A DNA stretch of 64,000 bases from an uncultured bacterium (GTDB lineage Bacteria; Bacillota_I; Bacilli_A; RFN20; CAG-826). The DNA is taken from positions 2,967 through 66,966 of the forward strand of contig CASEVI010000001.1 of the NCBI GenBank assembly GCA_949291375.1, given 5' to 3'. Below the pieces are notes generated by a model. That model saw nothing but the letters and a program-made list of their open reading frames with translations. It made no database searches and had not been told where the DNA came from. Below, in pieces: positions 41,527 to 53,530 of this stretch. Position 1 is the stretch's first letter; each line of letters starts with the position of its first letter. The translations under genes were made by a program, and so were the position numbers.

Positions 41527-42711
41527 TTAGAATTTATAAGGAGTGTTGTAGTAGCAGCATTTGAAGAGTTCTTCCATAGTCTTATCATCGATAGGATTTG
41601 GATTAGTTCCTGTACATGCATCGCCGACTGCTTCGTGTGAAATGAAGGATAATTTTTCTAAGAATTCATCTTCTTTAACACCGAATTCTTTCATTGAATG
41701 TGGGATGTTTAAAAGAGTATTTAATTCATGGATTCTATTGATTAATCCTTGTGTTTGTTCACGAGCATCATGTCCTTGGATACCTAATGCTGTAGCAATT
41801 TGAGCATATCTTTCAAGAGCTGTTTTGTTATTTGCATTGTATTCAATGACGTGTGGTAAATACATAGCATTAGCACAACCATGTGGGATGTGTCCTGTTG
41901 AGAATGCAGCACCACTCTTGTGAGCCATTGAGTGAACGATACCAAGTAAAGCATTTGAGAATGCCATACCTGCTAAACATTGAGCATAGTGCATTTCTTC
42001 TCTGCCTTTTCCTTCTGGATTATTGTAAGAATCGACAAGGTATGTGTTGACCATTTGAATTGCTTTTAATGATAAGCATTCTGTGAATGGTGTAGCAATA
42101 GTACCGACATATGATTCAACTGCGTGAGTTAAAGCATCCATTCCGGTATATGCAACTTGAACTTTTGGTAATCCTCTAACGATATCTGGATCAACGATTG
42201 CGACATCTGGAGTAATTTCGAAGTCTGCTAATGGATATTTAATACCTTTAGCATAGTCTGTAATAACTGAGAAAGCTGTAACTTCGGTAGCCGTACCACT
42301 TGTTGAAGGAATAGCACAGAATTTTGCTTTTTCTCTTAAGTGTGGGAAGTTAAATGGTGTAACTAAAGCTTCAAATGTTGTTTCTGGGTGTTCATAGAAT
42401 GCCCACATAGCTTTAGCAGCATCAATTGGAGAACCACCACCGATTGCAACGATCCAATCTGGTTCAAATTTTCTCATTGCTTCTGCGCCTCTCATAACAG
42501 TTTCGATTGATGGATCTGGTTCGACACCTTCAAATAATTCAACTTCGAATCCTGCTTCTTTTAAATAATTGACAGTTTTGTCTAAGAAACCGCTAGCTCT
42601 CATTGAGTGACCGCCGGTAACAACGATAGCTCTTTTACCTTTAAGTGTCTTTAATTCTGCTAAAGAACCACTTCCGTAGTAAACGTCTCTTGGTAATGTA
42701 AATCTTGACAT
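41527..42711 (-). CDS. Iron-containing alcohol dehydrogenase (NADPH-dependent butanol dehydrogenase-like)
   Basis: GGGSPIDAAK, PSTSGTATE, MDALTHAVE, GIVHSMAH, IPHG. Confidence 0.93.
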   Translation of the reverse strand: MSRFTLPRDVYYGSGSLAELKTLKGKRAIVVTGGHSMRASGFLDKTVNYLKEAGFEVELFEGVEPDPSIETVMRGAEAMRKFEPDWIVAIGGGSPIDAAKAMWAFYEHPETTFEALVTPFNFPHLREKAKFCAIPSTSGTATEVTAFSVITDYAKGIKYPLADFEITPDVAIVDPDIVRGLPKVQVAYTGMDALTHAVESYVGTIATPFTECLSLKAIQMVNTYLVDSYNNPEGKGREEMHYAQCLAGMAFSNALLGIVHSMAHKSGAAFSTGHIPHGCANAMYLPHVIEYNANNKTALERYAQIATALGIQGHDAREQTQGLINRIHELNTLLNIPHSMKEFGVKEDEFLEKLSFISHEAVGDACTGTNPNPIDDKTMEELFKCCYYNTPYKF

Positions 42712-42897
42712 AATTTCCTCCTATTTGTCTGAAATACATATCTATTCTAGCATTAATTTTTTGAATGTAAAATAAAATATCAAAAAAATAAAAATGCGGT
42801 ATTTTTTAACCAAATTCGGTTATTTTTTACCACATTTTATTAATTTTATTAATAAGTTTTCGAATTCGAACTTTATGACTTTCTTTTAAAAATTATG

Positions 42898-43854
42898 TTA
42901 AAACAACTTTTTTGAAAGTGTTTCTAATCCATGGAAGAATAAACAATCATTGATTTGCAAAACATCAAAAATTTTCTTATCAACATAATATTGAACAACG
43001 AGTTCATACATTGAGTTTTTGCCAAATCCATAACCTTGTTTAGCTAATAAATAAGCAATATCTTTAGTGCTTAATTCAAAAGCCACACCTAAAGATAAAA
43101 GCATATTTTTAGTAGGGATGAACGTTGGTTCTTCAAAAAGTCTATCTAAATAAGTTTTATCCCGATTAGCTTTTAATGTAAGAGTGTTTTTATCAATGTT
43201 TTTAGCTTTCATTAATTTCTTTATCTCATTTACAACATCGACATTAGTGTCCTTTAAAAGTTGTTTTGGAGATTTTGTTTCGAAATGGGCATTAACATAT
43301 TGAGAAAGATTTTCTTTGAAGTCATCATCAAAAATATCAAATGGTTGCTTAAATAAAACAACATAAATATCAGAATCAATATGGTTTGATAAATATTTTA
43401 TAATTTCGTCCTTTTCAATATCATAACATTCTCTTAAAGGATAATTAAAATCACTTGAAATAACTGGGAATGCAGCACTCTTAAAATTATTTTCGTCAAT
43501 AATATTAAAAACAGATTTATAAGCATTTCTTAAATTTTTTTCTTCGCCATGTTTACCATTTATATAATTAGGACCGACAGCATGAATAATTGCTTTGCAA
43601 TTTGTTATATTAAAGGAAGGTGTCATAACAGCTTTTCCTACATCACAGTGGCCTATCTTTCTACATGCATCTTGTAATAATAAATCTCCTGCACGATGAA
43701 AAATAGCTCGACTTACGCCTTCAACCATCTTTAAATTAACATTTGCATTTGCAATAATAGCATCGACATCCATGCTAACTAAATCACCACGAACTAAATA
43801 AAGCGCCATATTTTTCCCCTGCATAATTATAGTAAAATAACACTCTATTTTCAA
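42898..43854 (-). CDS. Macro domain (ADP-ribose binding/hydrolase) fused to an HTH-like C-terminal domain
   Basis: GDLVSMDVDAIIANAN, GVSRAIFHRAG, IIHAVGP, AFPVISS; likely start MALYLV. Confidence 0.85.
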   Translation of the reverse strand: MKIECYFTIIMQGKNMALYLVRGDLVSMDVDAIIANANVNLKMVEGVSRAIFHRAGDLLLQDACRKIGHCDVGKAVMTPSFNITNCKAIIHAVGPNYINGKHGEEKNLRNAYKSVFNIIDENNFKSAAFPVISSDFNYPLRECYDIEKDEIIKYLSNHIDSDIYVVLFKQPFDIFDDDFKENLSQYVNAHFETKSPKQLLKDTNVDVVNEIKKLMKAKNIDKNTLTLKANRDKTYLDRLFEEPTFIPTKNMLLSLGVAFELSTKDIAYLLAKQGYGFGKNSMYELVVQYYVDKKIFDVLQINDCLFFHGLETLSKKLF

Positions 43855-44013
43855 ACTAATATAGAATATTAAAAATAGAATTTTTATTGAATTTTACTTA
43901 ATTTAAAAGACGTTAAAAATAACATAGAATTTGAAACTAGATAATCTAATTTCATACCATATAATCTAGTAATAAGTATCACATTTTAAAAAAATGCCTA
44001 AAATGTTAAAATT

Positions 44014-44919
44014 TTGAATGTTTTAAGGGGTAAAATTATTTTTATGAAAATTTGTGTTACAAGTGATGATACTGCTCAATTTACAAAAGAAGAAATTGCA
44101 GAAGCCGGTAATTTATATATAGTTAGAGTTCCAATTATTATTAATGGAGAAGCTTATTTCCAAAACGAGACAATCGATGATGCTACTTTTTTCAAACGTT
44201 TAGCATCTGATGACGACATCCAAACTTCTCAACCTTCACCAGGTGAATTAATGGAATTGTGGACAAGACTTTTAAAAGAATATGATGCAATTATTCATAT
44301 TCCTCTTTCAAGTGGTTTATCTGAAGCATGTAATAGTGCAAAAATGATTTCTCAAGACGATGAATTTAAAGGAAAAGTTTTTGTTTGTGATAATCATAGA
44401 GTTGAACCAACTTTAAGAGAAAGCGTTAGAGATGCATTAAAATTAATTAAAGCAGGTTATACTCCTGAAGAAATTCAAAAAGAACTTGTTGAAGAAGGAC
44501 CAAATTCTTCAATTTATCTTATGGTAGATACATTAAAATATCTTAAAAAAGGTGGAAGAGTTACTCATGCTGCTGCTTTATTAGGTGGAGCACTTCATGT
44601 TAAACCTATTTTAGCTATTTTTGGTGGCAAACTCGATGCTTATCAAAAAGTTATCGGATCTAAAAAAGGAAGAAAAGTTTTAATCGATGCTATTAGAAAA
44701 GATTTAAATGAAAAATTTAAAGGTATTGATAAACAAGATTTATATTTTGGAGCTGCTTATACAAATAATAAAGAAGAAGCTGAAGAATTTATTAAAGAAG
44801 CTGCAAAAGAATTAGATGTTGATTCATTTGAACTTAGACCATTATCACTTGTTGTTTCAACTCATACTGGTCCAGGTGTTTTAGCTTTAACAGTTACAAA
44901 AAAAGCACCTATAAAATAA
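44014..44919 (+). CDS. DegV/FakB fatty-acid-binding protein
   Basis: TSQPSPG, IPLSSGLS, LKYLKKGGR, STHTGPG; likely start 44044. Confidence 0.92.
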   Translation: MNVLRGKIIFMKICVTSDDTAQFTKEEIAEAGNLYIVRVPIIINGEAYFQNETIDDATFFKRLASDDDIQTSQPSPGELMELWTRLLKEYDAIIHIPLSSGLSEACNSAKMISQDDEFKGKVFVCDNHRVEPTLRESVRDALKLIKAGYTPEEIQKELVEEGPNSSIYLMVDTLKYLKKGGRVTHAAALLGGALHVKPILAIFGGKLDAYQKVIGSKKGRKVLIDAIRKDLNEKFKGIDKQDLYFGAAYTNNKEEAEEFIKEAAKELDVDSFELRPLSLVVSTHTGPGVLALTVTKKAPIK

Positions 44920-46402
44920 ATTCATAATAATTATAAGTTTCATCACTCTTTAAAAATTTAAAATCTAATCGAGCGATAAGTTTATCGCTCTTTTTATTTT
45001 CTTTATAACATTTCATTCTTACTTTATTTATACCTATTTCTTCTTTTAAATATTTTAAAAGATAAGAAATAACATTATATGCTATATTTTTATTTTCCAT
45101 ATCTTTAATTAATCTAATACCTATTTCAACACTATTATCATTTAAATAATCATAAATTATTACTTCACCTGCATAGTTAGATTTATATTCAATCATTAAA
45201 CTTAAGTTCTCTTTATTAATAAAATCATTTATTACCATATTAAAGAAATAATCACTAGATATAATTTCATTTTCTTTTAAATCTTTTTTATAATCATATC
45301 CCCAATATTTATTTCTTACTTCGTCAATTGATAATAAATAATAATTTTTCTTATTTTTTAAATCTAACTTTTTTAAAACTATATCTTCATTTACTTTAAT
45401 AAAAGGAAATGAAGATAATAAACTCATATTATTTAATACTTTAAAAGCATATTTATGAATTAAAGAGAATGGATGATAATCTTCTTTTGATTTTCTTAAT
45501 CCTTCATCTCCACTATCATCTTCACGATTAAAATATTTAATTTTATCTTTATAATAATTAGCTAGAAAGTTAACAAAATAAGGAACAATTCCAATATATT
45601 CTTTATTACATTTTTCTAAATGGTCAAAAAGAATATCATTAATAATTTCAACTAAAGATAGTCCAATAATTTTATCGTTATCAAACATAATAAATAAATC
45701 TAAAGATAACTCACTAAAAACTTTTAATATATTTTTAGAAAACTCTTCTTCTTTTATTCCTATTTCTATTTCATTATTATTATCATTATTATTTAAAACA
45801 AATTTATCTTTTTTAAATTCATCAATAAACTCAAAACATTTTAAAAGTAAATCATTATCTATCTTTTTATCATATTTAACTATTTTAATATTATGTTTAT
45901 TAATACCATTACTATCTTCATTTAAAATATATAATTTTTTAAATCGTGATACAAAATGTCGTTTATTTTGATATTTTTTACCTTTAAACTCAATAAAATC
46001 TTCATTTTTATATAAATAATCACTCCATATCCTATCAAAATGAAAATAATATTCTTTATAAATACCTTTTAATTTTTCAATATTTTCTAAATTTAAACAG
46101 GTATATTCAAGATTAAATATTTTATTTTTTAAAGCATAATCATTTATTAAATCAATACTTTTTCTAATGTCATTAGAAAAAGGAAAATAAAACATATCTT
46201 TATTATTTTTTAAATCATATCGAGCTTTTAATATAAAAGATTCTTTATTTTCATCTATAAATGCGATTTTTATCTTATAAAAATCTTTCCACATATATAA
46301 AACTCCTAAAGTATAATCACACATATAAGAGTTATTTATATATAATTTATCTTTAATTTTCTTTAAAATATCTAAATCTAAATCAATAAAATTTAAGTCC
46401 AT
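44909..46402 (-). CDS. DUF2156 (aminoacyl-transferase-like) domain fused to a GNAT domain
   Basis: DYLY...KGKKYQNKRH, HLEK, NREDDSGDEGLRKSKEDYHP; C-terminal EIGIRL, ENKKS, RLDF. Confidence 0.8.
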   Translation of the reverse strand: MDLNFIDLDLDILKKIKDKLYINNSYMCDYTLGVLYMWKDFYKIKIAFIDENKESFILKARYDLKNNKDMFYFPFSNDIRKSIDLINDYALKNKIFNLEYTCLNLENIEKLKGIYKEYYFHFDRIWSDYLYKNEDFIEFKGKKYQNKRHFVSRFKKLYILNEDSNGINKHNIKIVKYDKKIDNDLLLKCFEFIDEFKKDKFVLNNNDNNNEIEIGIKEEEFSKNILKVFSELSLDLFIMFDNDKIIGLSLVEIINDILFDHLEKCNKEYIGIVPYFVNFLANYYKDKIKYFNREDDSGDEGLRKSKEDYHPFSLIHKYAFKVLNNMSLLSSFPFIKVNEDIVLKKLDLKNKKNYYLLSIDEVRNKYWGYDYKKDLKENEIISSDYFFNMVINDFINKENLSLMIEYKSNYAGEVIIYDYLNDNSVEIGIRLIKDMENKNIAYNVISYLLKYLKEEIGINKVRMKCYKENKKSDKLIARLDFKFLKSDETYNYYEFIL

Positions 46403-46470
46403 ATAATAGTCACTATTTTAAACTAAATTAAATATAAATCGTTAGTTAAATGCGCTAAAATAAATTAGTT

Positions 46471-46800
46471 ATGGCAGATAGAGGAATGAAAAAGTGGCTC
46501 CCTTTTGCTTCACTTGTCGAACAAGGGGAATATCTATCAAAAATGATGTATGAAAAATATAAGGTTGAAAAACCTATTATTTTAGATGATACATCAGAAA
46601 TAATTAATAAAACTCTTAAAGAGTATGGTTTTATTAATCCTTTATCTTTAAAAATATATTTTGATGGATATATTTATAAAATAGTTGATAAGATAATTTT
46701 TATTGATAAAAATAAAAAGTTAGTGTATTTCACTAACTTTTATATCCCAATATCAAATATATTAAGTATTGAAGATGATATTTTTACATCACTTAATTAA
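46471..46800 (+). CDS. YolD-like protein
   Basis: DRGMKKWLPFASL N-terminal motif. Confidence 0.75.
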   Translation: MADRGMKKWLPFASLVEQGEYLSKMMYEKYKVEKPIILDDTSEIINKTLKEYGFINPLSLKIYFDGYIYKIVDKIIFIDKNKKLVYFTNFYIPISNILSIEDDIFTSLN

Positions 46801-47406
46801 TAAAAGAGGGAAAGATGCAAAAATAATTGAGAATCCAAAATTAACTATTACAGTTAATAAATATAATATTTCACTAGCAAGTACCCCAATACTTAAAGAA
46901 GTAAAATTATTAATTAATAAAGATATATCATTCCATAAAGTATTAATTAAACTAGAAAGCCCACTAATTAAAAGAATAATTCCTAAAATAATTAATATAA
47001 TTACATAAGCTTTTTTATGCCCTCTACTTTCTAAAATAAGAATAATCGCATAAATAATTCCTGCAATTAAAGAAATAGAAAGAATCATCACATCGAAAGA
47101 TAAAGTTAATATTCCTGTAATAATCTGCATTATAAAAGGAATCAAATAAGTAGCTAATGCAAGACAAAGCATTGCATAGTAAGCACTTCCTCCATTTCCA
47201 CTTCTTGCTCTATAAAAATAAAGTGCAACAATACAATAAAAACAAATATTAATTGCCAAAGAAATAATATCTAAAGAATCAATATTTGATTTTGTTGTAA
47301 TTAGTGTAACTAATAAAGTAACAATATTTAATAAGATATAAACTAAACAAATTGCCGCTGCACCAACAGCAAATGTAGTTAAAAAATTTCCACGTCTTTT
47401 TGCCAT
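46789..47406 (-). CDS. Hypothetical multi-pass membrane protein
   Basis: 205-aa ORF, about 6 hydrophobic segments. Confidence 0.7.
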   Translation of the reverse strand: MAKRRGNFLTTFAVGAAAICLVYILLNIVTLLVTLITTKSNIDSLDIISLAINICFYCIVALYFYRARSGNGGSAYYAMLCLALATYLIPFIMQIITGILTLSFDVMILSISLIAGIIYAIILILESRGHKKAYVIILIILGIILLISGLSSLINTLWNDISLLINNFTSLSIGVLASEILYLLTVIVNFGFSIIFASFPLLLIK

Positions 47407-47620
47407 AACTTTAATATATTATCATAATTTTTAATTTTGTTAGAAAAAATAACATAATTTATGTCTATAAAATAGAGATATTCGATTCAAAAATTAAAAT
47501 TTCATTAAATACAATCAAAAAGTGAATATTTTTAACTTTTAGAAAGGTTCTTGACTAATAAAAGTCGTTGTGGGGAAGGCATAATTACATTTATTCCCAT
47601 CTTATAGAAAACATTTTAAA

Positions 47621-47648
47621 AAGCGAGACTTATTTAAAATCTCGCTTA
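47621..47648 (-). terminator. Intrinsic terminator after eno
   Basis: AAGCGAGA...TCTCGCTT stem with flanking A-tract. Confidence 0.65.
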
Positions 47649-47672
47649 ACTGATTTAATTTTTACTTAAGAA

Positions 47673-49010
<1,338 letters not shown>

Positions 49011-49100
49011 TCAAAATTATTATATAAAAAAAGAGATAAAAGTTAAACAAAAAGAAACTAGTTTTAAAACTAGTTTCCTCATTATTAATTTATAAATAAA

Positions 49101-49997
49101 TTAACGCGTAAGGGTCATCATTCTATATAACTCTTCTTTATATAATCTATAAACATCATTATCCTTGTCAACAAATTCAACGTTAGAGCCTAAAGAGAGT
49201 AACAACGAAACGACTTCTCGATATGATCTAGTTTTTATTTCAACATCGGTATAAGTTGAATCGTAATTTAATTCAACTAAATCTTTAAAAGATTTTTTAA
49301 AACGATTATATGCAATTTTATAAACTCTTACTTTAAATGTACACGGAATATCAGAGCCATAAATTTCATGATTTGGAAGCTTCTTAATATGTTCAAGGTC
49401 ATCTTTTTTAATTGAATATTGTCTTTCTTGATAATCCTTAAAATCAACCTTTCTTAAATCATAAACTCTAATTGAATCACGATAATATGCAAATAAATAA
49501 ACAACGCCATCGTAATTTTTAAAACAAATTGGGCAAACATAAGCATCAAAATAATTTCCCTTTTTTTCATATGTTATTTTAATACTTCTTTTTAAATAAA
49601 TCGCCTCAGTGATTTTTGTCATTTTCTCAATATCTTCTTGAGCGATATTGCTATTTGAAAAAATCAGATCTTTAGATAAATCAATTCCCGATTTATTAAT
49701 TTCGTTAATTTTATCAATTACATATTCAGAATTAATCGACAAGTTTAATCTGTAAAGATCATCAACATTAGTTAGATTAAAAGGAAAAGCATCTTTCCCC
49801 CCATAATAAAAACCACCATCTCTACCTCTAGCAGACTCAACCCCAACAGCTTCTAATTTTTTACCATATCTTGTAATCGACCTAACAGAACAATCTAAGT
49901 ATTCAGAAAGTTTTTTCCTAGATATTGCCATTGGAGAATGGTTTTGCAAATAACCCAGCATCTTAACTGCGTTTAAAATATCATTTGAATCACTCAT
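49101..49997 (-). CDS. WYL-domain transcriptional regulator (HTH-WYL-WCX)
   Basis: LSEYLDCSVRSITR HTH, RGRDGGFY wing, VCP..VYLFAY..RVYDLRKV WYL core, LLSLGSNVE WCX-like. Confidence 0.85.
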   Translation of the reverse strand: MSDSNDILNAVKMLGYLQNHSPMAISRKKLSEYLDCSVRSITRYGKKLEAVGVESARGRDGGFYYGGKDAFPFNLTNVDDLYRLNLSINSEYVIDKINEINKSGIDLSKDLIFSNSNIAQEDIEKMTKITEAIYLKRSIKITYEKKGNYFDAYVCPICFKNYDGVVYLFAYYRDSIRVYDLRKVDFKDYQERQYSIKKDDLEHIKKLPNHEIYGSDIPCTFKVRVYKIAYNRFKKSFKDLVELNYDSTYTDVEIKTRSYREVVSLLLSLGSNVEFVDKDNDVYRLYKEELYRMMTLTR

Positions 49998-50372
49998 AAG
50001 CCTTACCCCATATTAAGATGTAACTGAAATTCATTTTAAAGGGTAAATGATTCTTTATCTATAAAAATCTCATTAAATTCAACCAATAAATGACACATTT
50101 TAAGATTTGTTGCGCAACTTTGTCACTATTATTATTTTTTAGCATTTGTTCATTTTTTTAACATAAGAATATTTATTTCCACGTGAAAACAAATTAACGA
50201 CATAAAATTAAAACAGCAAACAATTTTTAAACAAACGGGAAAATATCTGAAACATTTTATAAAAATTAATTTCAAAATATATCATAAATGCCGTGGTTAC
50301 TTCTATTCGATACTTTGTAACACCCTTATACTCTTACACGACACCCTAGCAAGTGCGCATTTTTCGATATTT

Positions 50373-50891
50373 TCAATGTTTATACCAAATAAGTGCATCT
50401 CGCTCGAGTTGCCTAACAAACTCTTCTTTCCCATCACAATACATATCGATGTCATAAGGATATCTAAGAGCTAGTTTTCCTTTAAGTTCTCCATATTCAT
50501 TTGCGATATCTTCATGAGCAATCAAATAATCTCTAACCGCTAAATGCCTAACTAAATTTTCTTTATCATCTTTATAGAAGATATGAATTTGATAAGTCCT
50601 TTCATCTCCACCTTTTCTTAAATATCTTCTACCTTTAATTCCAAATTCACCTAGGTATTCATATCCGATATTTTCAAATTCTCTTTGTTTTTTATCTACT
50701 TCTTCTAATGAATCAACACTTATCATGATATCAATAATGGGTTTGGATTTAAGACCTGGTACCGCGGTTGAACCAATATGAAAGATGCCCACTAAATTTT
50801 CTTTTAGTATTGAGATTATTAATTTCTTTTCCTTTTCAAACATCAAAGGATAATTTGGATTATATTCTTTAACTACTATATGTTGTGCCAT
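50373..50891 (-). CDS. GrpB family protein
   Basis: HIGSTAVPGLKSKPIIDI, GEFGIKGRRY, YCDGKEEF. Confidence 0.9.
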   Translation of the reverse strand: MAQHIVVKEYNPNYPLMFEKEKKLIISILKENLVGIFHIGSTAVPGLKSKPIIDIMISVDSLEEVDKKQREFENIGYEYLGEFGIKGRRYLRKGGDERTYQIHIFYKDDKENLVRHLAVRDYLIAHEDIANEYGELKGKLALRYPYDIDMYCDGKEEFVRQLERDALIWYKH

Positions 50892-50936
50892 AAAACCACC
50901 TATCTATTATGATCTAGTGGTATTTAATGTTTTAAT

Positions 50937-52283
50937 TTAATCTTCTTTACCGTTTTCTACGATTTCCCAATGGCCATTTTTATCTGAGCCGACACGCACC
51001 AAGATGCCTTTAGATTTTAAAGAATTAATAATTGTTTGGACTGTTCGGCGTGATAAGTTTACCTTAGAAGTCATTTCATTTATCGTTACTTTACTATTTT
51101 CGTTTATTAGATTTAGGATCTTTGCTTCATTTACAGTGCAATTTACAGTGCAATTTACAATGCAATCGTCCTTCGCATTAAATCCTTTTTTATCAAAAGT
51201 TATGGTAACCATTATCCCGACACCAAGGAATCTGAAAGCTTCTCTGCCATAGGCTTTGACAACCTTAGGAACGCCATGTCCAGAACGATCGACGATGTCG
51301 CATTGAACGAAGACGTCCATGAGTTCTTTATTAACCGGATCGCTTACTCCTTCAAAGAAATCTTCTTTTGATAAACCCTCCTTTAATCCTCCATAAGACA
51401 TGATTTCCATTCTATCTTCATACCAATAAATCGAAGGAGGATTTCCATGAATCCAATCATTATGTACTAAAGCATTAACCCGAGCTTCCTCGAAAGCCTC
51501 ATTATCGAACATCTTCTTCGTTCTTCTTGGAAGAGTACTATCATCTATGTAAGTGTCATTCAAAGCTTCACAATAATGTTTAACATCTTCATACGCTTGT
51601 AAAATTGACTGCTGACCAAAATTGTTTCTCTTAGAATAGGAAAGTTTGTCTTTACCGTTGAATACACAAACTTGAATTGAATAGAAATTTTTGTCCGCTA
51701 AAAGTTCAGCCAAGAGATTATATTTGCCTTCTTTTGTAAGAAGTCAAAAACTACGTTCAAAGGTCTTTTCGTTAATCTCAACGCCCTTACTTCTTAGCTT
51801 TATCTTAAGAATGTCGAAAGTATAGCCGTCCCCATGGCTTTGAATGTCAACCAAGCCTAATTTATCTTCTTGTAGGGCTACGATTTGGCACTTATCAATT
51901 TCTTCTTCACTCATAGGAGTTGAGGAAGTTCCGTCTCTATAAAAACAACCAGTCGCACTTCTTCCCTCTTTCTTAATGTAATAAAGTTTGGTCCCTTTAG
52001 TTACTTTAACAACAATGATTGTTTTATCATCTTCTAATAAGGAACCTATTTCACATAAGCCTTCTGTAGAGGGAAGAATCTGATCTCGAATAATGTCTCT
52101 GATTTCCCTCATTATTTTATCGACATTAGAAACACCTAAAACATCACCATTATCATCAACACCAATATAGATAGTTCCATTTCTAGTATTAAGAAAAGCG
52201 ACGACTTCTTTTGCAAAGTCTTTGTTCAATGTTCTTTTAAGTTCTATATTTTCAGATTCTTGAAATTTCATTATAAAAAACAC
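50937..52283 (-). pseudogene. AlbA_2/Schlafen-like + HATPase_c_4-like + wHTH protein interrupted by one in-frame TGA (51746-51744)
   Basis: The 179-aa and 258-aa ORFs are in frame: ESENIELK...AFLNTRNGTIYIGV...FERSF*LLTKEGKYNLLAELLADKN...NALVHNDW...RVGSDKNGHWEI. Confidence 0.8.
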
Positions 52284-52383
52284 CCGCTTTCTTAGCTAGT
52301 TAATTATAACTAAAAACTAACTATTTTTCTATATCTTAGACAAATTTAAAATTATAAAAAGGCAAAGGATCTGTTATGATATC

Positions 52384-52780
52384 TTACTCCCCAACCTCTA
52401 CTTTTATTTCTATATCCGATAAGAATATAAACGTTATGGATTTGTCTTTATGAACCACTGCTTTTTCGAGCGTGAAGTTGAATATCCTTTCATCCCATTC
52501 CTGGATATAATCGCTTTTCTTGAATAGTTCCATAAAGGCTTCAATTTCTTTAGATTTTGCTATTTTAATATCTTTTTCGCCAATTAAGTTATTGTATTCT
52601 TTTCCCTTATTTTTATATTTTTCCTCGAGTTCTACATACTTTTTCTCCCAAATGTCCTGGTCTTGGACGGTCTTGGTATTTGCATCGATCAATAGCCTGA
52701 ACTCTTTTGCATATTCTTTCAAAATTTCTTTAGCACTGTTGATTTTAGCTTCCAATTTCGAGGTATCGGTAAGAATGAAA
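52384..52780 (-). pseudogene. C-terminal remnant of a large serine recombinase
   Basis: LIDANTKTVQDQDIWEKKY coiled coil and IQEWDERIFNFTLEKAVVHKDKSITFIF tail; no catalytic domain; N-terminal part of the track ORF looks spurious. Confidence 0.65.
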
Positions 52781-53030
52781 AAAGGTAAAAAATATTTTTG
52801 AGACAAATAAAAGCCCATCCCTACTAAAGAATCAATCTTCAATAAGAATGGGCTGAAACGATAAAATGATATTAAATTTCTAGAGGTGTGCAAAGTACCG
52901 TGTAAGAGTTTCAAAGCGTGTAAGAGTGCACATCCATCGTATATGAGCATCTTAAAAATTTAACTATTACACGGCAAATTGGCTATACACTTACACGGCG
53001 CAAAATCCGAAAAACTGCGATATATCGTAT

Positions 53031-53073
53031 AAAAGAAAATATGTCTGAACACCCCTTTCGGAGTATCAGACAT
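53031..53073 (-). terminator. Intrinsic terminator downstream of ssrA
   Basis: ATGTCTGA...TCAGACAT stem (53041-53073) followed on the - strand by TTTTCTTTT. Confidence 0.7.
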
Positions 53074-53085
53074 GAATTACCATTA

Positions 53086-53454
53086 TGGTGGAGATGCGGA
53101 GATTCGAACTCCGGTCCAAGAAATATTTCCCACTACTTCTACAGTTTAGTTAAGATTTAAATTTCATGACTTATCAACCTTAACGAACTTAACAGTCACT
53201 AGATTATATTAATTTAATTTAAACTTATAATCATCATTTAAACGAGTTTCTTAACTATCACAGAATAAAATTCAAAAAGAAGAAACGAAGAATTTTATTC
53301 CGGCATTCTTTTAAAATTAAAGTTGATTAACTGCTACTAAGCAGCGAATGCTAATCTTTGATTTCTGTTGCCAGATATTTGTTTTTAGTCTTTAAGGCGA
53401 CAACCCCACTGCAAATAGTGATAAATCAATCCCTGTCGAAACCAAGACATCCCC
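53086..53454 (-). ncRNA. ssrA: tmRNA; tag peptide (A)GNRNQRLAFAA
   Basis: 5' GGGGATGTCTTGGTTTCGAC; 3' CGGAGTTCGAATCTCCGCATCTCCACCA; tag frame GGC AAC AGA AAT CAA AGA TTA GCA TTC GCT GCT TAG TAG (53372-53334). Confidence 0.97.
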
Positions 53455-53530
53455 AATTTCAATTAAATTTTTCAAAGATTTTTTGAATTATAATGATAAA
53501 ACACAGTTTTATCAAGATAAACAATATATT

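Larger units (their letters stand above)
50290..53085. mobile_element. Decayed genomic island immediately downstream of ssrA
   Basis: Serine recombinase remnant, nonsense-broken AlbA/ATPase gene and GrpB cargo; more G/C-ending codons than flanks; CGTGTAAGAGT-type repeats near both ends; boundaries approximate. Confidence 0.6.

Noticed and set aside
52780-52950. N-terminal part of the 188-aa ORF as real coding sequence
   Set aside because: It runs through the repeat region; only the C-terminal ~130 aa resemble a serine recombinase tail
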